The notes under the pieces were generated by a model, which was not told where the DNA came from, made no database searches, and saw only the letters and a program-made list of their open reading frames with translations. From Octopus sinensis (taxonomy: Eukaryota), in contig NC_043000.1 of the NCBI RefSeq assembly GCF_006345805.1, positions 112,344,001-112,408,000 on the forward strand: a DNA stretch of 64,000 bases, read 5' to 3'. Position numbers and translations under genes: made by a program. Of the stretch, positions 12,425-24,360 are shown in pieces; position 1 is the first letter of the stretch; the number at the start of each line of letters is the position of its first letter.

Positions 12425-12808
12425 CACCATCCGATCGTGGCCGTTCGCCAGCCTCATCTGGCACCTGTGTCGGTGGCACATAAGAAAACACCGAAAACAC
12501 CATCCGAGCATGGCCGTCTGCCAGCATTGTCTGGCACCTGTGTTGGTGGCATATAAAAAACACCATCCGAGCGTGGCCGTCTGCCAGCATTGTCTGGCAC
12601 CTGTGTTGGTGGCATATAAAAAACACCATCCGAGCATGGCCGTCTGCCAGCCTCGTCTGGCACCTGTGTCGGTGGCACATAAAAAACACCATCCGAGCGT
12701 GGCCGTCTGCCAGCCTCATCTGGCACCTGTGTCGGTGGCACATAAAAACACCATCCGAGCGTGGCCGTCTGCCAGCCTCGTCTGGCACCTGTGTCGGTGG
12801 CACATAAA
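12425..12808 (+). repeat. 63-bp tandem array (6 good units, more degenerate units upstream) in the LINE 3'UTR
   Basis: Units start at caccatccga 12425, 12498, 12561, 12624, 12687 and 12749. Confidence 0.9.
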
Positions 12809-12979
12809 ATCACCCACTACACTCTCGGAGTGGTTGGCGTTAGGAAGGGCATCCAGCTGTAGAAACACTGCCAGATCTGACTGGCCTGGTGCAGCCTTCG
12901 GGCTTGCCAGACCCCAGTTGAACCGTCCAACCCATGCTAGCATGGAAAGCGGACGTTAAACGATGATGATGATGATGAT

Positions 12980-13190
<211 letters not shown>

Positions 13191-13334
13191 ATGCCAACAA
13201 GTTGCTATATATTTACTGTCCATTCTCTCTCTTATTTGTTTCAGGTCAGTTATTTTCCTGTTTTTCACCTTAACTGTGTGACTGGAATTGTTTATTTAGA
13301 CCGTGATACTGTAGCAGTTTATACAGACCCCGCT

Positions 13335-13595
13335 GCCACCACCACCACCACCACCATTACCACCACCACCAGCAGCAACACCAACACCACCATCACCACC
13401 ATCACCACCACTACCACCACCACCATTAAAAACCACCATCACCACCACTAAACCCCCCCCACCGTCACCACTGCTATCACTAAAACCACTCCCACTACCA
13501 CCACCACTATAACAACCACTACCACTAAAACCACTACCACTAAAACCACCACCACCGCCACTACAACCGCTACCACCACCACCACTACCACTAAA
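13335..13595. repeat. (ACC/ACT)n trinucleotide region
   Basis: Direct reading. Confidence 0.9.
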
Positions 13596-13677
13596 AGTAT
13601 TTGCACATACACACAAAATCTCTCTCTCTCTCTCGTTCTCTTTCTCCCTCTCTCTCTCTCTCACACACACACACACG

Positions 13678-13840
13678 AAACAGGCTTCTTTCAATTTCCA
13701 TCAACTAAATTCACCCACAGTTGCTTTGGTCGGTTTCAGGGTATAGAAGAAGACACTTGCCCAAGATGCCATGCAGTGAGACTGAACCCGGAACCATGTG
13801 GTTGGGAAATAAACTTCTTACCACACAGCTATACCTGCAA
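13678..13840 (-). mobile_element. SINE family D, 5' half
   Basis: Matches 14130-14274. Confidence 0.75.
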
Positions 13841-13844
13841 CTAT

Positions 13845-14274
13845 TCTTTTACTCTTTTTACTTGTTTCAGTCATTTGACTGCGGCCATGCTGGAGCACCA
13901 CCTTTTAGTCCAGCAACTCGACCCCAGGACTTATTCTTTGTAAGCCTAGTACTTATTCTATCAGTCTCCTTTTGCCGAACTGCTAAGTTATGGGGATGTA
14001 AACACACCAGCATTGCATGTCAGGTGATGTTGGGGGGGAACAAGCACAGAAACACAATCACACACACACACACACACACACACACCACACACACACACAC
14101 ACACATATATATGACGAGCTTCTTTCAGTTTCCGTCTACCAAATCCACTTACAAGGCTTTGGTCAGCCCGAGGCTATAGTAGAAGACACTTACCCCACGT
14201 GCCATGCAGTGGGACTGAACCCGGAACCATGTATTTGGGAAACAAACTTCTTACCACACAGCCATACCTGCGCC
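13845..14274 (-). mobile_element. SINE family D, full length (tRNA head, CORE-like block, internal microsatellite)
   Basis: Minus strand: ggcgcaggtatggctgtgtggtaag (A box), ccgggttcagtccc (B box), a CORE-like ccttgggcaag-type block, (TG)n, and an (aaagagt)n tail. Confidence 0.85.
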
Positions 14275-14299
14275 TATATATATTTTGATCCTTTGTCAT

Positions 14300-14530
14300 T
14301 TCGCATTCCTGGGTCTTCCTGGGTCTCTTGGGTCATCTGTCTTCCTGGGTCTCCCTCTTCCACATGTCCCATCCACTTTGAAAGATCAGCAATGGTTTAT
14401 GGAGCCGTCAGCATCCACTCGCATGACATGACTGAATCAGAACAGTCTTCTCTCTTGCACGCTGCATCTAATTTCTCTTATGTCTAACTAGAGCTCTGTG
14501 TTATCATCGCACCCTGTGTTCCTTTAGTGT
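14300..14530 (-). mobile_element. Old RTE LINE C-terminal fragment
   Basis: Minus-strand translation resembles VQERRL.W.GHV.R...GRGRPRKT. Confidence 0.6.
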
Positions 14531-14714
14531 ATATGCATAAGAATACAACATATGGCTTGCCAATGGGAAGAACACAAGCAAGGCATGCAATATGAATGGA
14601 GCTTGAATGTCAATCGTGGAAAATGTAAAAGAGAGCTTTAAGAGGAAATGTAATTATGTTAAAAGAATATGCGTTTATAAAGCAATGAAAAATTATTACC
14701 TAAATACTGTCAAT

Positions 14715-14745
14715 AAACTTGTATATATATATATACATACATACA

Positions 14746-14779
<34 letters not shown>

Positions 14780-16340
14780 CATACACACACACACATACAT
14801 ACATACGCGCATACATACACACATACACACACACACATATGTACATACATACATACACACACACATGCACACATACACACATGCACACACACATACATAC
14901 ATACCTACACACGCACACGTTTACACGAATGCACGCACACATACATATATTTGCATCCAGGCGCAGCCCCCTTCTTTTGGGTTGAGGGGTTGATGGATCT
15001 CAGTTCTTGTGGTGTGGGTGTTTGGGGGTCCGCGCGCACGCGCTTTGACACGGGCCTGGGGTGGGGTCGGCCCCATATGCGTGGGTTGTGTTGTTTGTGT
15101 GTTGTGTGTGTGGGCGTGCGTCGTGTGTGTGTGTGTGTGTGTGTATACATACATACACACACATGCATGCACACGCGCACACCTACATACCTACATACAT
15201 ACACGCACACACACTTACACACATACACACACACATACATACCCACACACATACATACACACACACACATACACATATATACACACAGACATCACCCATA
15301 CATACACACCCACATACACACGCATACATACACACACACACACACACCTACACTCCCACATACATACATACACACCTACATACACACGCACACATACACA
15401 CATACTTACATACATTCATACCTTCACTCATACATACATACACGCATACACTTATACACACACGCCTACACACATGCATACACACACACACATACATACA
15501 CACACTCACATACACACACATATACGCACATACACATATACTTACACACATTCACACACACACATACATACGCACATGCATGCATACATGCATACATACA
15601 CACACATACACGCATGCACACATACATACATACACACACGCATGCACACATACATACATACACACACACACATACATACATACATACACACACACACTTC
15701 CACACATACATACATACACACACACATACATATACATACACACATACACATACACATATACACACACACACTAACATACACTCATACGGACACACATACA
15801 CACAGACATACACACATACACACTCACACATACACACATACACATACACATACCCACACACACACTCGCATGCACGTGCACACACATGCATGCGCACGCA
15901 CGCACACATGCATACATGCATGCATGCACGCCTGTGGGTTCTGGCTATATCTCGGGTTCGTGTCTGGGCCGGCGCATTGTGCCTGGGGTTTCTCTTACGC
16001 CTGTCACCGCAGGAGTATTTTCCATCATTCCTCAGTTGCGAAGTGTTTCCTTGCATGCATATATATACACACACATAAACATATAAACACACATATAATA
16101 CCCCTACATTTTGTACACACACGCACATACATACGCACACCAAAACATGTGCACACATACGCACGCACACATACATACATGCACACAATTATACATATAC
16201 GCACATATAAGCACACACACACACCCACACATACACTTAGTTAAGCACAGTTACTCGCCATACACACAAAAAAACGCACACGTACACACACATACTACAA
16301 CTAAACACACACACGAGACATATACACGCACACACACATT
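14715..16340. repeat. Long degenerate (CA/TA)n region
   Basis: Source of the many His/Thr and Val/Cys ORFs. Confidence 0.9.
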
Positions 16341-16830
16341 CCTTCTTGTTTCCGACCTGTGACTCGCTAGCCTTCGCCCACCATATACACACATACACAC
16401 ACACGCACACACTCACATACACACCCTTGTCATCTCGCACACCGTTGCTACTGCTGTTTGCCCTAGCCTTCGCCCACCATATACACACATACACACACAC
16501 GCACACACATACACACATACCCTTGTCATCTCGCACACCGTTGTTTACCTTCCTTCTTTTTCCGCTCTCTTGTCTTTGAAAACCTGCACCCTCTTATTTA
16601 CTACTTCCGCCTTTTCAGTATGTTGACCTTGTGAAGACCACTTGCATTTTTTTTCCCTCTGTCCTCCCACCTCAGGATCTTTCTTTCTCCTATGTTTCCG
16701 ACGAAGAGCTCCGCTCGAAACGTCATACCCTCCTTCTTCCCTTTTTTCCCTGAGCGCCCAATAATACTTTAATTGTTCCACATCCTCGTGTTGTTGTCTT
16801 TTTGTTTTCTTGTTTGGATTAACTTTATAT
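16340..16830 (+). mobile_element. Penelope-like terminal-repeat remnant with hammerhead motif
   Basis: 96-bp-period tandem duplication (16367-16446 / 16463-16543), pyrimidine-rich body, hammerhead core, ends at (TA)n. Confidence 0.55.
16694..16728 (+). ncRNA. Minimal type I hammerhead ribozyme motif, degenerate (U4>C)
   Basis: gttt-CCGACGA-A-GAGC tcc GCTC-GAAAC-GTC-atac. Confidence 0.6.
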
Positions 16831-16903
16831 ATATATATATATCCTTAAATCCTTAAAAATGTTTTAGCCTGAAGGCCGCGGCCATGCTTATATATATATA
16901 TAA

Positions 16904-17295
16904 GGTGGTGAGCTGGCAGAAACATTAGCACACCAGATGAAATACTTAGCAATATTTCAACTGCCATTACATTCTGAGTTCAAATTCCGCCGAGGTCTAC
17001 TTTGCCTGTCATCCTTTCGGGGTTGATTAAATAAGTACCAGTTACGCACTGGGGACGATAAAATCAACTTAATCCATTTGTCTGTCCTTGTTTGTCCTCT
17101 CTGTGTTTAGCTCCTTGTGGGTAGTAAAGAAATAGGTATTTTGTCTGCCGTTACATTCTGAGTTCAAATTCCACCAAGGTTGACTTTGCCTCTCATCCTT
17201 TTGGGGCCAATTAAGTACCAGTTGCGTACTGAGGTTGATTTAATCGACTGGCCCTTTCCCCAAAAATTTTGGGCCTTGTGTCTAGAGTAGAAAAG
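16904..17295 (+). mobile_element. SINE family A dimer (alpha-tail unit plus A-box-less beta-tail unit)
   Basis: Junction gtagtaaagaaatag|gtattttgtctgcc at ~17136; the second unit ends in ctagagtagaaaag. Confidence 0.85.
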
Positions 17296-17304
17296 CATAA
17301 ACTT

Positions 17305-17339
<35 letters not shown>

Positions 17340-17423
17340 GTATACCAATTGTTTTCGTTTCAGCACACGATCTCAGATCAAATTACTTGCTATGCGAGTA
17401 CTCATCTCCGTAATATATATGTA

Positions 17424-17498
<75 letters not shown>

Positions 17499-17499
17499 C

Positions 17500-17810
17500 T
17501 TTTTAGAAGGAGCTTCTACAGGACTAGAACTGTTTCATTCAAATGAATGCATTTATGTATACATGTATGCATGCATGTGTGCATATATGTATTTATATGC
17601 GTATGGATGCGTATATATGCATATGTATATTTCTATGCACATATGTTTTTATATGTGCATATGCGTTTATATTATGCGTGCAGATATTTATGTGTGTTTA
17701 TGTGTACAGAAGTACGTTTATATATGTTGTTTATATATGCATAATGATGTATATGTTTATATGAACGTGGGTACATTTATGTATGTATGCATATGTGTAT
17801 TTTGTGTGTG

Positions 17811-17864
<54 letters not shown>

Positions 17865-17959
17865 CATGTAGAGAGAGATATATACATATGTATAAGTGGA
17901 TGAGGAGGAAACGAGTGAGAGAACATGTGGGTATGTGTATGAGTGTGTGTGTGAGTGTG

Positions 17960-17994
<35 letters not shown>

Positions 17995-18534
17995 GTGTGT
18001 GCGTTTGTATCCCTGGGTAAAGAGATAGAAGGGAAGGGAGAGGGGAGTAGTAGAAAGATTCCCTTTGGCCTGCTGGAACCCCAGGGGAGTTCTAGGAACT
18101 TTTGGCGTTTGTCTATTCTAGTGTCACTGAATGTGTGTCGGTGGGTAGGCAGGTCATAAATTATACCTTTTATGATTTTGAGGATGGTCAGATACCATTT
18201 GGGGTCTAAGAACTTTGTCTACTTTGTATGATTGTACTGTGGAGGTGTGTGTGTGCGCGCGCGCGCGCGCGCGTGTCTCTGTGTGTGTGTGTTTTTTTTG
18301 TGTGTGTGTGTCTCTGTGTGTTTGGAGTAGGGGGAGAGACAAATAGAGAAAAGGGAAAATAAAAATAAAAATAAAATAAGGGAGGAAGTTGAGGAGAAAA
18401 AATATATGTATGTGTTGTGTATATGTGGGTATGTATATGTGTATATATTATGTGCTTGTGTTTGCGTGTTTGCATGTATGTGTATGTGTATTTGTGTATA
18501 TATGTGTATATATATATATGTATGTATATATATG

Positions 18535-18565
<31 letters not shown>

Positions 18566-19030
18566 TAATATATTATATGTATATATATGTGCTTGTGTAT
18601 TTATATGTATGTGTGTGTGTGTCTGTATGTATATACATGGGCATATGTATATATATATATATGGACATTCGCATGTGTATGTATGTGGGTTTGTATGTAT
18701 ATTATTTTATATGTTTTTTTCATGTATATTTATCTACTTCTTCCCCCCACTTAACAACAACAAACTGACTAAAAGCAATTGTCTTCTAATTTATCTAAAA
18801 TTCTATTCAATTATTCTATTTATTCATTTATTTACTTTATCACTGATTCTTTTGACCACTCCCCTAAGAAAGATATTTGTGCCCTGCTTACCCAAAAAAC
18901 GTCCCCCACCAACACACCCCCATTAAATCTGCCTAAATGTATAAATACCAGACCTTATTTTGACAGCCAGCTTCCTGAAGATTCATTTGAATGAAACAGT
19001 TCTAGTCCTGTAGAGCTCCTTCTATAAAAA
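17500..19030 (+). mobile_element. ORF-less element with ~48-bp inverted terminal arms carrying a hammerhead (Penelope-like/retrozyme-like)
   Basis: 17500-17548 is the reverse complement of 18981-19030 apart from small indels. Interior is microsatellite plus two unique blocks. Confidence 0.6.
18969..19017 (+). ncRNA. Type I hammerhead ribozyme motif
   Basis: Stem I AGCTTC / GA(A)GCT, core CTGAAGA, stem II TTC-attt-GAA plus an extra T, GAA, stem III ACAG/CTGT, cleavage triplet GTA (19010-19012). Confidence 0.7.
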
Positions 19031-19095
19031 ATTAATTTACTCTGCTATGTATTGAGTACTTATTTACTGTGGTTAACCCGACTCAACCCGGGACC

Positions 19096-19138
<43 letters not shown>

Positions 19139-19320
19139 TCTCACCACGTTAATACATTTTTTTATACAATTAGTATCCGTTACTCAACACATTATCATTA
19201 TAATTACTGCTAACCTATCTCTGTTCTTGTGTTGTGAAAAATTGATCCCATCTCATTCTCCTTACTGGCACCCTTTTGTGGTATATATGTTCTCTTCCTG
19301 ATTGGAGTTTCAGTTTTACA

Positions 19321-19358
<38 letters not shown>

Positions 19359-19775
19359 GTGTGTGTACAAATACATTTGTCACAAATCCACCATCATGTA
19401 ATTGCTAGCTAACACCTAAACCAATTAATCCCTCAACCATTTAATTTCTAATGAACTGACACTAATAACAATCTAAAACCTTGATCTCGATCCATTTAGA
19501 TATATGACCCTTATAATCCGTTAATGACAAAATTAAATAAGACAATAGAAGCAATTAAAACTTGATCCAGAGCTATACCAATTAATGGAACGAACCTACA
19601 TAACTGGGTCAACTAGGGGTTATGCTTGGGGATAGCACTAAAGACTAAAGAACATAAAACTACACGAAACAACACCTGACACAAAAACCCCTCCAAAAAT
19701 GGCAAAGACAGGTAAAAACAACTATATCAGGTGAAACAATATAAGAAAAATGGTTTAAGTAAATGTGGATATAGG

Positions 19776-19870
19776 TGCAGGTATGGCTCTGTGCTAAGAA
19801 GTTTGCTCCTCAATCACTAAGTTTTAGGTTCAGTTCTACTGGGTGCCACCTTGGGCAACTATCTCTTCCA
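19776..19870 (+). mobile_element. SINE family D, 5' fragment
   Basis: ggtgcaggtatggctctgtgctaagaagtttgct...gccaccttgggcaac. Confidence 0.65.
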
Positions 19871-20209
19871 CAGTTCTGGTACAGAGGTAGAGAGAGACAA
19901 GTATAGTGCCTGATGAGCTGTGGTTTGGTTCATGGGGTTAGAAATTAATGTAAAGTGTGGGGGTGGGGAGAGGAGAGCACCTAATACATAGCACTTCCAG
20001 AACTCAGTTTTGCTGAAGTGGGTGGGTCTTTCTCTCTCTCTCTGTATATATGTGTGTGTGATGCACATGTGTGTATGTGTGTGTGTGTGTTATTGTCTCC
20101 TTGTTTTGACTTTCAGTGATAGTCGTAAACGAGTGTCACTGTTATGCAAGCAGGGTCCTTTGAGTCTGATATTCTGTGGAAACATGTTTGGTCCATGAAG
20201 GAAGATTAT

Positions 20210-20330
20210 TACCTTACTTGGAAACAGGTAATGGTTGGCAATAGGAAGGGCACCTGGTTGTAGAAAAATCCACCCCAACAAATTCTGTCCAAGCCATAGA
20301 AGCATGGAAAAGTGGACATTAAACAATGCT
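20210..20330 (+). mobile_element. Short RTE-tail repeat
   Basis: ggttggcaataggaagggcacctggttgtagaaaa...agcatggaaaagtggacattaaac. Confidence 0.55.
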
Positions 20331-20449
20331 GCTGCTGCTACTACTGCTGCTGCTGTTGCTGTTGAGCGATTTGGTCTGAGCGGCCTGAACTGTGGTCCTT
20401 TGCTATTCATAAGACCCGCAGAAGAGAAAGCATCGACGGATGGATGAAT

Positions 20450-20683
20450 GCGCATCCAGGCTCAGTGGTTGCATAGGAAGTCGGGGACAAGAAACAGGAA
20501 GAAAGAGTGAGAGAAAGTTGGGACGAAAGTACAACAGGGGTCGCTACCACCCCCTGCCAGAACCTCGTGGAGCTTTAGGTGTTTTCGCTCAATAAATACA
20601 CACAACGCCCAGTCTGGAAATCAAAACCGCGATCCTCCAACTGCGAGTCCGCTGCCCTAACCATTGGGCCATTGCGCCTCCAC
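20450..20683 (-). mobile_element. SINE family B
   Basis: Head is nearly the reverse complement of 2852-2960. Confidence 0.8.
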
Positions 20684-21064
20684 TGCTGCTGCTGCTGCTG
20701 ATCTCATCAACAATCGCACTGTTGAAAATCATTATAGATTCATCACCACAACATACGATTATACATGTATGTGCTAGTGAATGGTTGTGGTGGTATGGCA
20801 AAGTCTGGTGATAAGGTATGGTAGAGGTGGTAGTGTGAAGCTATGGTAGTAGTGTGTGACTTAGAGTTAAAGTTGTTGTGGTAGTATATCTATGTGATAA
20901 TAGCTATAGTTGTGATGGTGGAGTATGGCCATGATGACAGTATGGTATTGGCGGTATGGTTGTATTTGTCGTGTATGGTTGTAGTGGTATCTATGGTTGT
21001 TATGATAGTGTGGTAGTGTATAGTTATTGTAGTATACAGCTGTAATGGTTATGGTATAATGTGG

Positions 21065-21220
21065 TAAGCTGACCTATGATCAAAAGGCATTCTGGCCATG
21101 ACCATCCCTATTTTTGTCAGGCATTGTATGTGTAACCAGAACTATATTATAAAATGTTTGTTTTTTTTTAAATGGGGGGGGGCGTATTTGAGTTAGATTT
21201 AGCTGCTATTTCTAGTTGAT
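21065..21220 (+). repeat. Dispersed repeat family E (working label)
   Basis: gacctatgatcaaaggcattc-ggccatgaccatccc...gatttagctgctatttctag; similar at 33180-33700, 37070-37165, 40560-40700, 60240-60380 and on the minus strand at 25330-25480. Confidence 0.6.
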
Positions 21221-22487
21221 TTGTGATGATAATGTATGTTTTCAATGGTAGGCTTCATAATGGTGGTGGTGGTGGCGGTGATGGTCGTGGTGATGACGAT
21301 GGTGTTGGTATTGGTGGTGGTGATAATGACTGTGGCAGTGATGGCAGTGGTGGTAATGGTAGTGGTGTTGGTTTTATGGCGATGACAGTGGACGAGATGG
21401 TCATGGTGGTGGTGGTGGTGATGACGATGGTGTTGGTATTGTTGGTGGTGGTGGTAGTGTACCATAGTGAAGGCATGTGTTGTTGTTGCTGTACATGGAG
21501 AATGATGTTACTGGTTGCTACAGTTGTACTGTTGGTACCTGATTGAGGGACTCCCCCACCCCAATCACCAACCCCCCCCACCTCTGAACATCTTTTGTTA
21601 TCAACATATTGTATATAAATATTTATCTATGGCACCGCCGGCACCATGTGCTATTCTGGCACTGTCCCTTTAGATTTGAGCAGAAAAATTCTTTGAAGAT
21701 AGAAATGATAATACAAGTGTGGAGATAGGAGAACAGTGGTGTAGACTTAAGCTTACTCCCCAAGGGTAAGGTGTATATATATATATATATGAATACATAT
21801 ATGGGTGTGTGTACACACATATGTATATATGTATTTATATATCTATATATATGCATTGATATAATAATGATAATGATAAATGATATATATATAATATATA
21901 TATAAATAATATGTATATATATATATAATGATGAAGGCAGCTATACGCTATATAAAACCAAAAAGGAAAAATTCAATTGTCACTGATTCTGACTGAGGGT
22001 GCAGGTTAGCACCTATATACCTATATTGCTAGAAATAAGAGTTAAAATATTTTATAGCTGCTAGAAAGCACATTTTTGTATACTGGCAGGGGAGATAACT
22101 GCCCCATAACCAAAGCTAGATCACTAGGTGAGACTAGTTTTGCCTGAAAAATTACAAGCTCATCAGTAGTGACTACTACATTACTGAATGGTTTGGCTAA
22201 ACTTAAACTGACAGCATATATTTTTACCATAAAAATTTATGGTTGATTTAGCAAAATGCTAATGTGAAAATTATAAAATAATAAAGGCAGCTATACGCAA
22301 TATAAAACAGAAAAAAGAAAAAAACTCAATAGATGCTAATATATGTATGTTTGTGTGAGAATAAAACTTAGTGAATATAGTTGAAATGACATTTGTGTAT
22401 CATACTAAATGTATATACACCTCTGAAAGGCATGATGCTGTGGTTTTTGTCTGAGAGAAAAATCTTTTCAAGACGTGTGAAAAACGC

Positions 22488-22709
22488 AATTATTGTGGCT
22501 TTTCTCAACAGATTTTATTCAACAAAAACAATAACAACATGTAACAAAAACATCTTTAAACGATTATTCCGGAGCATATTCACCATCTACTTCAATTACT
22601 GCTTCCCATTTGCTTGACAGACAGTCAGACTGTCATTTAAAGATGTTTTTGTTAAATATTGTTATTGTTTTTGTTGAATAAAATTTGTTGAAAAAAAGCC
22701 GCAATAATT
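22488..22709. mobile_element. Foldback/MITE-like element, ~75-bp inverted arms
   Basis: 22488-22563 is roughly 90% identical to the reverse complement of 22633-22709. Confidence 0.7.
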
Positions 22710-22735
22710 ATGCACCAACCCAATATTAGAGTTGA

Positions 22736-23006
22736 ACGCAGGTCTGGCTCTGTGGTAAGAAGTTTGCTTCTGAATCATATGGTTCCGGGTTCAGTTCCAC
22801 TGTGTGACACCTTGGGTAAGTGTCTTCTATTATAGCCTCAGGTCGATCAAAGCCTCGTGAGAGGATTTGGTAAATGGAAATTGAAAGAAGACTATCATAT
22901 GAATTTATATATATATGCTGTTCTATTTTAACAAGATTGTTCAATGAACGGGAATGAGAAACTTTGAGTAACAGCTTTTGTTATATTTCTGCTGCTTTTA
23001 AATAAA

Positions 23007-23042
<36 letters not shown>

Positions 23043-23240
23043 TTGTATCTGTGCTTGTCCCCTGCCACTGCTTGGCAACTGGTGTTGGTATGTTTACATC
23101 CCCGTTACTAAATAGTTTGGCAAAACCAACAGAATAAGTACCAGGCTTAAAGTTCTGGGGTTGATCCGTTTGGCTAAAAATTCTTCAAGCTGGTGCTCCA
23201 GCATGGCCACAGTCTATTTAATGAAACAAATGAAATACAG
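22736..23240 (+). mobile_element. SINE family D, full length with internal (TA)n
   Basis: Head, CORE-like block, microsatellite and the ggtgctccagcatggccacagtc tail are all present. Confidence 0.75.
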
Positions 23241-23489
23241 ATATTTCATTTCATTGCAACAGCAGCTCATAAGAATGATGTGCTTTTTGCCTTAGTTGGG
23301 GTTCATCATTGCAGTGCATCCACTTGTCAGCTGCTGCATCATTGTTTTAGTGCATCTGCAAGGATACCCAGGATTTGGTTATGCTGTCTGACATACTCCT
23401 TAAGGGATGGCTTACATACTGCCAGCTTTGATGCCTGGCAACTGACTTGGTAGACACCCACGGGACTATCCACTATCTTTCCAACAACT

Positions 23490-23870
23490 TTGGGTACCTT
23501 TTTGAATTCCATATGTCAAACACATGTGGACATGTTTCCAAAATCAAAAAAACAACACAACACCCATGACTTTCAGAAACATTTCTTCTTGCTCAGAGTT
23601 GCTAAAGCATGGAATAAATTACTTGCATCAGTTGTTAGCTGTCGAGACACTGCATCCTTCAAAGCCTCCACACTTCCTGAAATTTGCCAACAGTACACCT
23701 GATGCCCCCACCCCACCCACACCAGTCCTTCTTTTGTTTGGTTTTTAAAACTTCTTCCTTGTTCACTTCCTGTGAATATTCTAGATACTGCTCATGCAGT
23801 TTTGGTTACTTTTCCTGATGGGTCGTAGTGCAGACCCGGAGCACTATACACAATAAGCTCATTATTATAA
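23490..23870 (+). mobile_element. CR1/L2-type LINE 3' end
   Basis: KHFFLLRVAKAWNKLLASVVSCRDTASFK resembles the FF..RV...WN.LP..VV.....FK C-terminus of CR1/L2 ORF2, followed by a short 3'UTR. Confidence 0.65.
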
Positions 23871-24360
23871 TATGATGCCAGAACAATGATGTATAAGCTC
23901 TGCATCATTATTAACATTCAGCAGTGTCACAAATTCTCCAATGTCTTATATTTGGCCGAGATGGAAGAACGTCACACACTGCTCTCAACAAGAAATACAA
24001 CCTCATTGATTTTTTTTTATTCCCATGGCATGTTTTTATTCACTTGTCTCCCAAGCTGCCAGTACACATTGGCTTCCTAACCATATGACCATTGTTGCAT
24101 GCTCCTCCCCTTCAAAATGATAAACTTGTTTGGTTACAATATTTTGTCTGTTCTGTCATTGCTTGTGGAGCATCCATTTGTCCCATGTCCATTCCAGTCC
24201 TGCCTTTATATTCTATCCTGCCATACCTTTCATTTCCAGACTGGTCTCTGCTGCCCCCACAGCATTTTCTCATATTTTATTCCTTCCTTTTCAAACCTAT
24301 TGACTGATGTGGATAAATGAATCAACTGAACCCTATAGCATCACATAACAGAGTGCTTTT

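Larger units (their letters stand above)
9098..12979 (+). mobile_element. RTE-clade LINE, slightly 5'-truncated, inserted in (TA)n
   Basis: APE, RT and PHD coding; 3'UTR ends in (GAT)n. Possible TSD atatatgt (9090-9097 / 12980-12987), not separable from the microsatellite. Confidence 0.92.

Noticed and set aside
12293-12959. Repetitive minus-strand ORFs, and the array as a CRISPR
   Set aside because: They arise from the 63-bp (21-codon) repeat; units are contiguous with no unique spacers and there are no cas genes.
14696-16244. Long His/Thr and Val/Cys ORFs (up to 411 aa)
   Set aside because: Translations of (CA)n/(TG)n tracts.
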